Shown here piece by piece: positions 28,627 to 37,773 of a stretch of 38,105 nucleotides of DNA. Both the position numbers and the translations under genes were made by a program. The notes under the pieces are model-generated. The model was not told the origin of the DNA. It was given only the letters and a program-made list of their open reading frames with translations, and made no database searches. This stretch comes from an uncultured Pseudomonadota bacterium (GTDB lineage Bacteria > Pseudomonadota > Gammaproteobacteria > Methylococcales > Methylomonadaceae): positions 1 through 38,105 of the forward strand of contig CAIVBX010000147.1 of assembly GCA_903904275.1 (NCBI GenBank), written 5' to 3'. The stretch's first letter is position 1, and every line of letters begins with the position of its first letter.

Positions 28627-29469
28627 ATGAATTCAAACGAATGGTTCACAGAACAAATGCTGTCAACTGGCACGGCATTTTCACTCAAAATCAAATCAAA
28701 ACTTCACGAAGAACAGTCTGATTTTCAAAAATTGGAAATTTACGATACTGAAACGTTCGGTAAATTGATGGTGATTGATGGTTGTACGATGGTTTCAACG
28801 CGCGATAACTTTTTTTATCACGAAATGATGAGCCACCCTGCCCTGTTTTTACATCCCAATCCAAAACGTGTTTGGATTATCGGTGGCGGCGATTGCGGCA
28901 CATTGCGCGAAGTTTTAAAACATAAAAATGTTGAAGAAGCGGTGCAAATCGACATCGACGAGCGCGTAACACGTTTGGCTGAAATTTATTTCCCCGAATT
29001 GTGCGAATCAAATAACGACCCACGCGCAGATTTGAAATTTATTGACGGCATTAAATGGTTAAAAGATGCTGCGCCGAATTCTGTTGATTTAATTATTGTT
29101 GATAGCACTGACCCTGTTGGCGTTGCTGAAGGCTTATTTGGCGAAGCATTTTATCGCGATTGCGTAGCGTGTTTGGCAGAAGATGGCATGTTGATTCAAC
29201 AAAGTGAATCAGCTCTTTTACATTTAGATTTAATTAAAGATATGCGAGCTGCAATGAAAACTGCAGGTTTTGCACATCAACAAACGCTATTTTTTCCACA
29301 ATGTATTTATCCATCAGGCTGGTGGAGCGGAACAATTGCGAGCAAAAAAGCCTTAACTTTCCGCGCAGACGATTGTGCAAATAAAGATTTTGAAACTATT
29401 TATTACAACCTCGACATTCACAACGCGGCAATGGCACAACCTGAATTTTTCAAAAAGGCGTTTGCGTAA
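28627..29469 (+). CDS. speE: Polyamine aminopropyltransferase (spermidine synthase)
   Basis: 280 aa. Motifs 'YHEMMSH', 'IIGGGDCGTLREVLKH' and 'IIVDSTDPVG'. Confidence 0.9.
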   Translation: MNSNEWFTEQMLSTGTAFSLKIKSKLHEEQSDFQKLEIYDTETFGKLMVIDGCTMVSTRDNFFYHEMMSHPALFLHPNPKRVWIIGGGDCGTLREVLKHKNVEEAVQIDIDERVTRLAEIYFPELCESNNDPRADLKFIDGIKWLKDAAPNSVDLIIVDSTDPVGVAEGLFGEAFYRDCVACLAEDGMLIQQSESALLHLDLIKDMRAAMKTAGFAHQQTLFFPQCIYPSGWWSGTIASKKALTFRADDCANKDFETIYYNLDIHNAAMAQPEFFKKAFA

Positions 29470-29472
29470 TCG

Positions 29473-30036
29473 ATGCAGAATTTATCTACTTTTAAATTGA
29501 TTGAACGCATCAGCACGCTTGTTCGTGCTGAAGAGCGCAAAAAATACGCTGTATTAGGTTTGCAACCTATTCATATTCAAGTTCTGGATTATCTAAGTTC
29601 GTGCAATAGTTACAGCAATACGGCTGTTGGTATTACTGAGTATTTCGGATTAACAAAAGGCACTGTGTCACAAACGCTGCAACTTTTAGAGCGCAAAGGC
29701 TATCTCGAAAAACAAATGGATGAAGAAGATGCGCGTGTAACGCATTTGTTGTTATCCAAAAATGGTGAAGTCCTGCTCGAAGAAGCAAATCACGACAATA
29801 TTTTTGAACAAGCACAACAAGCTGTTTTGTCGAAACAATACGCGAGTTTAGACGATGCGTTAAAAATGACACTTTTCACGCTACAAAAAGGTTGTGACGT
29901 GAAAAGTTTTGGCTCGTGTAATTCGTGTATCAATTTTAACATCGAAGACAATCACTACATTTGCACCGAAACCAATTTGCCAGTTTGGCAAATTGAAACC
30001 TACAAAATTTGCCGCGAACATCGATTTGCGGCGTAA
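29473..30036 (+). CDS. MarR-like winged-helix regulator with a Cys-rich C-terminal extension
   Basis: 187 aa. The wHTH is 'ITEYFGLTKGTVSQTLQLLERKGYLEK...DARVTHLLLS'. The C-terminus is 'CDVKSFGSCNSCINFNIEDNHYICTETNLPVWQIETYKICREH', with 5 Cys and 1 His. The gene starts 3 nt after the speE stop. Confidence 0.6.
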   Translation: MQNLSTFKLIERISTLVRAEERKKYAVLGLQPIHIQVLDYLSSCNSYSNTAVGITEYFGLTKGTVSQTLQLLERKGYLEKQMDEEDARVTHLLLSKNGEVLLEEANHDNIFEQAQQAVLSKQYASLDDALKMTLFTLQKGCDVKSFGSCNSCINFNIEDNHYICTETNLPVWQIETYKICREHRFAA

Positions 30037-30051
30037 CTTTTAGAGAAATTT

Positions 30052-30300
30052 ATGTTTGATACAAAAACCATAGACGATATGGCAAATAAATTAGCTGGCG
30101 TTTTGCCGCCTGCGTTGCATACCGTAAAAGAAGATTTAGAAAAAACCTTTAAAGCGATTTTGCAAAGTGCGCTCGGAAAAATGGATTTAGTGACGCGCGA
30201 AGAATTTGAAGTACAAAAATTGGTGCTGGCGAAAACTCGTGCGAATTTAGACGCTCTCGAAAAACGTGTTGAAGCGTTAGAAGCGGAAAAAGCTGAGTAA
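30052..30300 (+). CDS. ubiK: Ubiquinone biosynthesis accessory factor UbiK (YqiC/BMFP family)
   Basis: 82 aa. 'DLVTREEFEVQKLVLAKTRANLDALEKRVEALE' forms a coiled coil, as in YqiC. The gene lies upstream of comM. Confidence 0.8.
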   Translation: MFDTKTIDDMANKLAGVLPPALHTVKEDLEKTFKAILQSALGKMDLVTREEFEVQKLVLAKTRANLDALEKRVEALEAEKAE

Positions 30301-30304
30301 CTGC

Positions 30305-31813
30305 ATGGGATTAGCCGTCCTTTATTCTCGCGCACGTTCTGGCATTGACGCGCCACTTGTCACTGTCGAAGTTCACGTTGCGAATGGTTTGCCTGCATTA
30401 AATATCGTCGGCTTGCCTGAAACAGCGGTGAAAGAAAGCAAAGACCGTGTGCGTGGTGCAATTCAAAATTGCCGTTTTGATTTTCCCGCGCAACGCATTA
30501 CGGTGAATCTTGCGCCAGCAGATTTGCCCAAAGATGGCGGACGGTTTGACTTGGCAATTGCGCTCGGAATTTTGGCGGCAAGCGGTCAAATTTCGAGTAA
30601 AAACTTAGACCAATTTGAATGCGTTGGTGAATTGTCACTCGGCGGTGAATTACGTCCGATTCAAGGCGTGTTGCCAATTGCAATCGCGGCGCGAGATTGC
30701 AAACGACAGTTGATTTTACCAAAAGAAAATACGGCTGAAGCTGCACTTGTTAAAAATGTTGAAATTATTCCTGCCGCACATTTGCTGGAAGTTTGCGCTC
30801 ATATGAACGGACACGCGCAAATTGAAACCACGTTTCAGCAACCACAACCAATTGAATTAAAACATGATGTCGATTTTTCGGATGTTCACGGACAATATCA
30901 TGTTAAACGTGCGTTTGAAATTGCGGCAGCTGGCGCACACAACTTACTAATGCTAGGACCTCCAGGAACGGGAAAATCAATGTTGGCGTGTCGAATGCCA
31001 ACGATTTTACCGTCACTTACCGAAGAACAAGCCCAAGAAACCGCTGCAATTGCGTCTATTAGCGATCAAGGTTTGGACGTAGTAAATTGGTTACGTCCAC
31101 CTTATCGTGCGCCACATCACACCGCATCGGCTGCAGCTTTGGTTGGCGGTGGAAGCAATCCAAAACCTGGTGAAATTTCACTTTCTCATCACGGCGCATT
31201 GTTTTTAGACGAATTGCCAGAATTTGACCGCAAAGTGTTAGAAGTTTTACGCGAACCGCTTGAAACAGGGCATATCACAATTTCCAGAGCAGCGCGGCAA
31301 GTCGATTTTCCTGCGCGATTTCAATTGATTGCGGCAATGAATCCGTGTCCATGTGGTTATTTGGGCGATGCCTCAGGACGCTGTCATTGCACATCTGAGC
31401 AAGTTGGACGTTATCGTGCGAAAATTTCTGGTCCTCTTTTAGACCGAATTGATATGCACCTTGAAGTGCCTCGTGTGCCACATGATGTTCTACGCAAAGG
31501 TTCGCCCGATGGTGAAGAATCTAGTTCGATCATTCGGGCGCGTGTGATTACGGCGCGAAATTTGGCAATTGCACGAAGTGGCAAAGCGAATGCGTTGCTC
31601 TCTGCGAAAGAAGTGAAACAATTTTGTCTGTTGTCAGAAGCGAGTCACCGTTTGCTTGATCAAGCAATGGAGAGGTTTGGCTTGTCGAATCGCGCCTATC
31701 ATCGGATTTTGAAATTAGCACGAACAATTGCCGATTTAGCCGCTTCGCCTGATATTGAAATTCAACATTTAAGTGAGGCGATTGGTTATCGCAAATTGGA
31801 TAGAAAGAGTTGA
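30305..31813 (+). CDS. comM: YifB/ComM family Mg-chelatase-like ATPase
   Basis: 502 aa. Lon-like N-domain 'VEVHVANGLPALNIVGLPETAVKESKDRV', Walker A 'GPPGTGKS', Walker B 'LFLDELPEF' and zinc-finger-like 'MNPCPCGYLGDASGRCHC'. Confidence 0.9.
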   Translation: MGLAVLYSRARSGIDAPLVTVEVHVANGLPALNIVGLPETAVKESKDRVRGAIQNCRFDFPAQRITVNLAPADLPKDGGRFDLAIALGILAASGQISSKNLDQFECVGELSLGGELRPIQGVLPIAIAARDCKRQLILPKENTAEAALVKNVEIIPAAHLLEVCAHMNGHAQIETTFQQPQPIELKHDVDFSDVHGQYHVKRAFEIAAAGAHNLLMLGPPGTGKSMLACRMPTILPSLTEEQAQETAAIASISDQGLDVVNWLRPPYRAPHHTASAAALVGGGSNPKPGEISLSHHGALFLDELPEFDRKVLEVLREPLETGHITISRAARQVDFPARFQLIAAMNPCPCGYLGDASGRCHCTSEQVGRYRAKISGPLLDRIDMHLEVPRVPHDVLRKGSPDGEESSSIIRARVITARNLAIARSGKANALLSAKEVKQFCLLSEASHRLLDQAMERFGLSNRAYHRILKLARTIADLAASPDIEIQHLSEAIGYRKLDRKS

Positions 31814-31859
31814 ATAGTGGCTCAATAATGTCAAAATTATCTAAATTCTGACGTTTTGC

Positions 31860-31887
31860 TTGCAAAAAAGGACTTTATCGCTATAAT
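31860..31887 (+). promoter_or_regulatory. Sigma70-type promoter of tRNA-Ser
   Basis: TTGCAA (31860-31865), a 16-nt spacer, then a consensus TATAAT (31882-31887). The tRNA 5' end lies 19 nt downstream. Confidence 0.6.
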
Positions 31888-31905
31888 AAGAAAGGTAAGT
31901 TTTGA

Positions 31906-31993
31906 GGTGGACTGGCTGAGCGGTCGAAAGCAACGGTCTTGAAAACCGTCGAACCGAAAGGTTCCTGGGGTTCGAATCCCTAGTCCATCGCCA
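31906..31993 (+). tRNA. tRNA-Ser (anticodon TGA)
   Basis: 88 nt. Acceptor stem GGTGGAC/GTCCATC, anticodon stem ACGGT/ACCGT with loop CTTGAAA, a long variable arm CGAACCGAAAGGTTC, a T-loop TTCGAAT and an encoded GCCA end. Confidence 0.9.
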
Positions 31994-31998
31994 AAAAC

Positions 31999-32403
31999 TT
32001 ATTTGTCTGCCGTATCTTCTAGCTCAATCTTCTGATCATTGTCTTTATCTACCTCAGTGAACCACTTCAAACGCGATTGCGTATATTCTAATTCACTAAT
32101 TTTGTCATCCCTATTTTCATCTAATTTTCCAAAAACACGTTGCCCAACTTCCGCCGCCGAATCTGCTGTGGTTGAATGAGAATGCTCCGTATAACGCTGT
32201 AAAAATTCTGTTTTTTCAATGGTTTTATCACCATCAATATCCATCGTTTTAAAACGTTCCTCTGCTGATTTCAAAAACTCCTCTTGTGTTACAACGTGAT
32301 CACCATTTTGATCAAATTTTTCAATCATATATACCTTATTGCTCGTTTCATTTGCATGAATAACGCCCGAAAATAAAACCATCAACATCACTATTTTTTT
32401 CAT
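31999..32403 (-). CDS. Secreted four-EF-hand calcium-binding protein
   Basis: 134 aa with signal peptide 'MKKIVMLMVLFSGVIHA'. It has four DxDxD-type 12-residue loops: 'DQNGDHVVTQEE', 'DIDGDKTIEKTE', 'DENRDDKISELE' and 'DKDNDQKIELED'. Confidence 0.75.
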   Translation of the reverse strand: MKKIVMLMVLFSGVIHANETSNKVYMIEKFDQNGDHVVTQEEFLKSAEERFKTMDIDGDKTIEKTEFLQRYTEHSHSTTADSAAEVGQRVFGKLDENRDDKISELEYTQSRLKWFTEVDKDNDQKIELEDTADK

Positions 32404-32429
32404 AAAATATCCCTGATTGATTAAGAATT

Positions 32430-33551
32430 TTAATTATCGAGTAACTCGATATTTAGTTTAGATTTCATGATTTGTTTATCAATTGTCGAATCTTTGCCAT
32501 TCAAACTAATTTTTAAACGTAAATTATTCGGTGAATCCGAATTTGCAAGCGCATCTTCTAACGAGATTTTGCCTTGTTCATAAAGACGTTGTAAATGTGA
32601 ATCAAATGTTTGCATTCCGATATTTTCAGATTTTTCCATTGCTTCTTTTAAACCATGAATTTCACCTTTCAAAATTAAATCACTCACATAATGCGTATTT
32701 AATAAAATCTCAATTGCCGCAGTACGTTTATTATCAACGGTTGGAATAAGTCGTTGCGAAACAAAGGCTTTTAAATTCAATGACAAATCCATTAACAGTT
32801 GTGAGCGACGTTCTTCAGAAAAAAAGTTGATAATTCGGTCAAGAGCTTGATTTGAATTATTTGCGTGCAAAGTTGATAAACATAAATGCCCTGTTTCAGC
32901 AAACGCGAGCGCGTGCTCCATGGTTTCACGGCAACGAATTTCACCAATCAAAATTACGTCAGGAGCTTGGCGAAGTGTATTTTTCAGTGCATCTTCATAA
33001 CTCAACGTATCAACACCGACTTCACGTTGATTTACAAGTGATTTTTTATGCGAATGAATAAACTCTATAGGGTCTTCAATTGTAATAATATGACCTGACG
33101 CATTGCTATTTCGATAATCAATTAAACCTGCCAGCGAGGTTGATTTACCTGAACCTGTGCCACCAATAAATAAAATCAACCCGCGTTTTTCCATAATTGT
33201 TTTTTTCAAAATCGGTGGCAATCCCAATTCATCGACATTGGGAATTTCCATTTTGATGTTACGAATAACAAGTGAAATACTGTTTCGTTGCCGAAAAATG
33301 TTTACTCGAAAACGTCCAATGCCGTGTTCTGAAATCGCTAAATTCATTTCGGGTTGATGTTCAAAAATCACTTTTTGGTCGTCATTCATTAAGCTATAAG
33401 CAATTTCCTCCAATCGGGGCGGTAATAGTTTGATATTTTCAAGTGGTTTTAGAATTCCTTGAAATTTGGCGGCAGGCGGTGCACCTGCGGTTAAATATAA
33501 ATCTGAACCGTCATTTTTAGCCAGAATGTGCAAATAATCTTTAAATTCCAT
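32430..33551 (-). CDS. pilU: Type IV pilus retraction ATPase, PilU type (PilT family)
   Basis: 373 aa and collinear with P. aeruginosa PilU as I recall it. Motifs 'MEFKDYL...GSDLYLTAGAPP', Walker A 'GGTGSGKST', 'IITIEDPIEF', 'LRQAPDVILIGEIR' and 'AETGHLCLSTLHAN'. Confidence 0.85.
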   Translation of the reverse strand: MEFKDYLHILAKNDGSDLYLTAGAPPAAKFQGILKPLENIKLLPPRLEEIAYSLMNDDQKVIFEHQPEMNLAISEHGIGRFRVNIFRQRNSISLVIRNIKMEIPNVDELGLPPILKKTIMEKRGLILFIGGTGSGKSTSLAGLIDYRNSNASGHIITIEDPIEFIHSHKKSLVNQREVGVDTLSYEDALKNTLRQAPDVILIGEIRCRETMEHALAFAETGHLCLSTLHANNSNQALDRIINFFSEERRSQLLMDLSLNLKAFVSQRLIPTVDNKRTAAIEILLNTHYVSDLILKGEIHGLKEAMEKSENIGMQTFDSHLQRLYEQGKISLEDALANSDSPNNLRLKISLNGKDSTIDKQIMKSKLNIELLDN

Positions 33552-33783
33552 AAATGTGCCGTCATAAATTAAAGCGGAAAGGTTTGCACAGTTTCGTTTG
33601 TGTGACGCGAACTTTTAATATTTTTTTGTCATTCTACGCAAATTTAATTAAAAACATACCGTCACGAAAGCGGATGCTAGCCTGCGATGATTTGTATATA
33701 CTACCCAAAAACCGCGTCTTGCGCGGATTTGGTTGTCTTAAATGCTTAAAACCCCTCCCTTTTCACACAACTAGGATTACTTT

Positions 33784-36456
33784 ATGAGTAGCACTTTTTT
33801 TTCAGATATTACGGGTCAAACAGATGTTGATCCAGTCGAAACTCAAGAATGGATTGAAGCGTTGCAATCGGTTTTGGAAGCCGAAGGCAGTGAACGCGCC
33901 CATTTTTTAATTGAACGTTTAGTTGCTGTCACGCGCCACGCGGGTTTTGATATTCCTTTCAGCGCGAATACCGCTTATTTGAATACGATTCCAGTTGAAC
34001 GCCAAGCACAATTCCCTGGTGATGCAACGCTTGAACACCGTATCCGTTCTTATGTTCGTTGGAATGCGATGATGATGGTTTTGCGTGCCAATAAAGACAC
34101 CAATGTCGGCGGTCACATTGCCAGCTTTGCCTCAGCGGCGACTTTATATGACGTAGGTTATAACCATTTTTGGCACGCGCCTTCTGAAAAACACGGCGGG
34201 GATTTAATTTACACGCAAGGTCATTCTTCACCAGGCGAATATGCACGCGCATTTTTGCTAGGACGTTTCACCCATGAACAAATGGATAATTTCCGCCAGG
34301 AAGTTGGTGGCAATGGTTTGTCTTCGTATCCACATCCTTGGCTTATGCCTGAATTTTGGCAATTCCCAACGGTTTCAATGGGGTTAGGACCAATTTGTGC
34401 GATTTATCAAGCGCGTTTTATGCGTTATTTGCGCGACCGTGGGTTGGCAAATACGGATGGACGCAAAGTTTGGGCATTTTTAGGCGATGGTGAAACCGAC
34501 GAACCCGAATCTCTCGGCGCAATTGGTATGGCGGGACGCGAAAATTTAGACAATTTAATTTTCGTGGTGAATTGCAACCTGCAACGTCTTGATGGACCTG
34601 TGCGCGGTAATGGAAAAATTATTCAAGAACTCGAAAGCGAATTCCGTGGTGCGGGTTGGAATGTCATTAAATTGGTTTGGGGCAATCGTTGGGATAGCTT
34701 GTTGGCACGCGATAAAGATGGAATTTTAGCCACACGCATGATGGAATGTGTCGATGGCGATTTCCAAACATTCAAAGCCAAAGATGGCGCGTATGTGCGC
34801 GAACATTTCTTTAACACACCTGAACTGAAAGCGATGGTTTCAGATTGGTCAGATAGAGATATTTGGCAACTCAATCGCGGTGGTCATGATCCCTCGAAAA
34901 TTTTCTCAGCTTTTCAAGCAGCAGTAAATCACAAAGGTCAACCGACGGTCATTTTAGCCAAAACCATTAAAGGTTATGGCATGGGGTCATCGGGCGAAGC
35001 GCAAAATACCTCGCATCAACAGAAAAAAATGAATGACGTGGATATAAAACATATCCGTGATTTGTATCAATTGCCTGTAACCGATGAGCAATTACACGAT
35101 TTACCGTACATTACCTTTGAAGAAGGTTCAAAAGAATTGACCTATATGCGTGAACGTCGCGCGGCTTTGGGCGGTTATTTGCCAGCACGTCGCATGAAAT
35201 CTGACGCGCTTACCGTTCCAACTTTGCAAGATTTCAAAGCCTTACTTGAAGTGAATGATAAAGAAGCCTCAACGACAATGGCGTTTGTGCGAATTTTGAA
35301 TATTTTGGTGAAAGACAAAACCATCGGCAAACGGATTGTGCCGATTGTACCAGATGAATCGCGCACCTTTGGGATGGAAGGCATGTTCCGTCAACTTGGT
35401 ATTTGGTCGCAAGTTGGGCAGCTTTACACACCGCAAGATGCAGATCAATTGATGTTCTACAAAGAAGACAAACACGGTCAAGTTCTACAAGAAGGTATCA
35501 ACGAAGCGGGTGGTTTAGCAGATTGGATTGCGGCAGGTACAGCGTATTCAACCAGCGACACGCCGATGATTCCGTTCTATATTTTCTACTCGATGTTTGG
35601 TTTCCAACGGGTTGGCGATTTAATTTGGGCAGCCGCAGACCAACGTACTCGCGGTTTCTTATTAGGTGGCACAGCAGGTCGTACAACTTTAAACGGTGAA
35701 GGTTTGCAACATGAAGATGGTCATAGTCATTTAATGTCTGCAACCATTCCGAATTGCATTTCTTACGACCCAACTTATGCGTATGAAGTTGCAGTCATTA
35801 TTCAAGATGGTTTACGTCGAATGTACGCAGAGCAAGAAGACGTTTTCTATTACTTAACGGTAATGAACGACAACTACACGCATCCAGCAATGCCCGCAGG
35901 AATTGAACAAGACATTTTGAAAGGCATGTACTCGTTCAAAAAAGGCGACCAAGCGGCAAAATTGAAAGTTAATTTACTCGGTTCAGGCGCAATTTTCCGA
36001 GAAGCTGAATTTGCCGCAGAACTTTTGAAAAATGATTGGGGCGTGGAAGCCGATTTATGGAGTTGCCCAAGTTTCACCGAATTGGCGCGTGATGCAAAAA
36101 CGTGTGAACGTTGGAATCGTTTGCATCCAACTGAAACACCAAAACAATCACACGTTAGCAAATTATTACCGAATTCAAACGTTCCCGTAATTGCTGCAAC
36201 GGATTACATTCGTGCATTCGCAGAGCAAATCCGCAGCGAAATCAAAGCACCGTACACGGTTTTAGGTACTGATGGTTTTGGACGTTCTGACACTCGCGAA
36301 CATTTGCGCCATTTCTTTGAAGTTGACCGTTTCCACATTACCGTTGCCGCGCTCAAAAGTTTGGCAGATAACGGGCAATTTGAACTTAGCAAAGTGGAAG
36401 TTGCGATTGCGAAATACGGCATCAATGCTGACGTTAAAGCCCCTTGGTTGAAATAA
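33784..36456 (+). CDS. aceE: Pyruvate dehydrogenase E1 component (homodimeric type)
   Basis: 890 aa. Motifs 'GGHIASFASAATLY', ThDP motif 'LGDGETDEPES...NCNLQRLDG' and 'TFGMEGMFRQ'. Confidence 0.95.
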   Translation: MSSTFFSDITGQTDVDPVETQEWIEALQSVLEAEGSERAHFLIERLVAVTRHAGFDIPFSANTAYLNTIPVERQAQFPGDATLEHRIRSYVRWNAMMMVLRANKDTNVGGHIASFASAATLYDVGYNHFWHAPSEKHGGDLIYTQGHSSPGEYARAFLLGRFTHEQMDNFRQEVGGNGLSSYPHPWLMPEFWQFPTVSMGLGPICAIYQARFMRYLRDRGLANTDGRKVWAFLGDGETDEPESLGAIGMAGRENLDNLIFVVNCNLQRLDGPVRGNGKIIQELESEFRGAGWNVIKLVWGNRWDSLLARDKDGILATRMMECVDGDFQTFKAKDGAYVREHFFNTPELKAMVSDWSDRDIWQLNRGGHDPSKIFSAFQAAVNHKGQPTVILAKTIKGYGMGSSGEAQNTSHQQKKMNDVDIKHIRDLYQLPVTDEQLHDLPYITFEEGSKELTYMRERRAALGGYLPARRMKSDALTVPTLQDFKALLEVNDKEASTTMAFVRILNILVKDKTIGKRIVPIVPDESRTFGMEGMFRQLGIWSQVGQLYTPQDADQLMFYKEDKHGQVLQEGINEAGGLADWIAAGTAYSTSDTPMIPFYIFYSMFGFQRVGDLIWAAADQRTRGFLLGGTAGRTTLNGEGLQHEDGHSHLMSATIPNCISYDPTYAYEVAVIIQDGLRRMYAEQEDVFYYLTVMNDNYTHPAMPAGIEQDILKGMYSFKKGDQAAKLKVNLLGSGAIFREAEFAAELLKNDWGVEADLWSCPSFTELARDAKTCERWNRLHPTETPKQSHVSKLLPNSNVPVIAATDYIRAFAEQIRSEIKAPYTVLGTDGFGRSDTREHLRHFFEVDRFHITVAALKSLADNGQFELSKVEVAIAKYGINADVKAPWLK

Positions 36457-36467
36457 GGAAGGAACCC

Positions 36468-37763
36468 ATGAGTACAACAATTGAAATTAAAGTCCCAGAC
36501 ATTGGCAACGTGCATGATGTGGAAGTGGTGGCAGTTGAAATTCAAACGGGCGATGTGATTGAAATCGATCAAACGTTGATTACACTCGAAACCGATAAGG
36601 CAAGCATGGACGTTCCTTCGTCAGCAGCGGGAACGGTTCAGCAAGTTCATATCAAAGTTGGTGATAAAGTGAACGAAGGTTCATTGATTATCACGGTTTT
36701 GGTCAGTGACGAAGTGGCAACACCTGCGCCCGTTGCTGAAACGGCCCCCGCATCCGAGCCTGCGCCTGTCGTTGAAGAAGTGAAAGCGGTTGACGTTGTC
36801 GCGCCAAAATCTGCTGCTCCTGAAATCCCCCCCGCCCCTCTTTCCAAGGGGGGAGAAACCAAAGGCAAAGCACACGCTTCGCCAGCCGTAAGATTATTTG
36901 CGCGTGAATTAGGCGTTGATATTAGCCAAATTTCGCAAGGCAACGGTCGTAAAGGTCGCATTTTAAAAGATGACGTGAAAGCGTATGTCAAAAAAGCATT
37001 GACCGAAGGCATCACCGTCACAGGTGGCGCAGCATTGCCAAAAATTGCCGTACCTGATTTTGCTGTTTTTGGTGACATCGACACTCAGCCACTCAGCAAA
37101 ATTAACAAACTCACAGGTCAGCACATGACCAGTGTGTGGTTGAATTTGCCGATGGTGACGTATCACGACGACGCAGACATTACCGAAATGGAAGCGTTCC
37201 GTGTGTCGCTCAATTCTCAAAAAAATGTTGATGTTAAATTCACAGGCTTGTTATTCATCATCAAAGCGTTATCCGCTGCGATGCAACAATTCCCACGCTT
37301 CAATTCGTCGCTTTCTAGCGATGGTCAAAGTTTGATTTTCAAAAAATATCTTAACATCGGCATTGCGGTTGATACGCCGAATGGTTTGGTTGTGCCTGTT
37401 TTGCGTGATATTCCGAATAAATCGTTGAAACAATTAGCGGCTGAACTCGGTGAAAAAAGCGAAAAAGCACGCGCTGGAAAACTCACTGCCGCTGATATGC
37501 AAGGCGGTTGTATGAGTATTTCAAGTTTGGGCGGCATCGGTGGCAAAGCGTTCACGCCAATCGTCAACGCGCCCGAAGTTGCCATTTTGGGTGTAACAAA
37601 ATCAACGATGCAACCTGTTTGGAATGGTAGCGAATTTGTACCACGTCTGATATTACCGCTGGATTTAACTTATGACCATCGCGTGATTGATGGTGCAGAA
37701 GGCGCACGGTTTATGGAAGCGTTGAAATACTATTTGAGCGACGTACGTCGTTTGTTGGTTTAA
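36468..37763 (+). CDS. aceF: Dihydrolipoyllysine-residue acetyltransferase (PDH E2) with a single lipoyl domain
   Basis: ATG at 36468 behind AAGGAAGG; the track start at 36444 lies inside aceE. There is one lipoyl motif 'LETDKASMDVPS', an Ala/Pro-rich linker, the E3-binding segment 'ASPAVRLFARELGVDISQI' and the catalytic 'DHRVIDGA'. Confidence 0.9.
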   Translation: MSTTIEIKVPDIGNVHDVEVVAVEIQTGDVIEIDQTLITLETDKASMDVPSSAAGTVQQVHIKVGDKVNEGSLIITVLVSDEVATPAPVAETAPASEPAPVVEEVKAVDVVAPKSAAPEIPPAPLSKGGETKGKAHASPAVRLFARELGVDISQISQGNGRKGRILKDDVKAYVKKALTEGITVTGGAALPKIAVPDFAVFGDIDTQPLSKINKLTGQHMTSVWLNLPMVTYHDDADITEMEAFRVSLNSQKNVDVKFTGLLFIIKALSAAMQQFPRFNSSLSSDGQSLIFKKYLNIGIAVDTPNGLVVPVLRDIPNKSLKQLAAELGEKSEKARAGKLTAADMQGGCMSISSLGGIGGKAFTPIVNAPEVAILGVTKSTMQPVWNGSEFVPRLILPLDLTYDHRVIDGAEGARFMEALKYYLSDVRRLLV

Positions 37764-37773
37764 GGAGAGAATT

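Noticed and set aside
30000-30356. A 118-aa minus-strand ORF spans ubiK.
   Set aside because: It is antisense to the conserved ubiK coiled-coil gene and overlaps the ends of the MarR-like gene and comM. It has no motifs.
31906-31993. The long-variable-arm tRNA might have been a selenocysteine tRNA.
   Set aside because: The anticodon loop is CTTGAAA, so the anticodon is TGA and reads UCA (Ser). A tRNA-Sec would need anticodon TCA. The acceptor stem is 7 bp, not 8.
33554-33787. A 77-aa ORF lies in the pilU/aceE divergent intergenic region.
   Set aside because: It has no Shine-Dalgarno sequence. Its composition is Cys/Arg/Leu-rich and unlike the other proteins here. It occupies the expected promoter and leader of aceE. 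No PdhR-type box (AATTGGT...ACCAATT) was seen there either.
36827-36853. A C7 run, a C4 run and a G6 run lie inside the aceF linker. They might be a slippage-prone tract or a hairpin.
   Set aside because: The frame is intact and encodes a plausible Pro/Ala/Gly linker (EIPPAPLSKGGE). aceF is essential, so a phase-variable role is unlikely. It is worth noting only as a possible sequencing-error hot spot.
36647-37084. A 145-aa antisense ORF lies inside aceF.
   Set aside because: It is a shadow of the Ala/Pro-rich linker region, where GC-rich codons leave the antisense frame open. Its product is low complexity.
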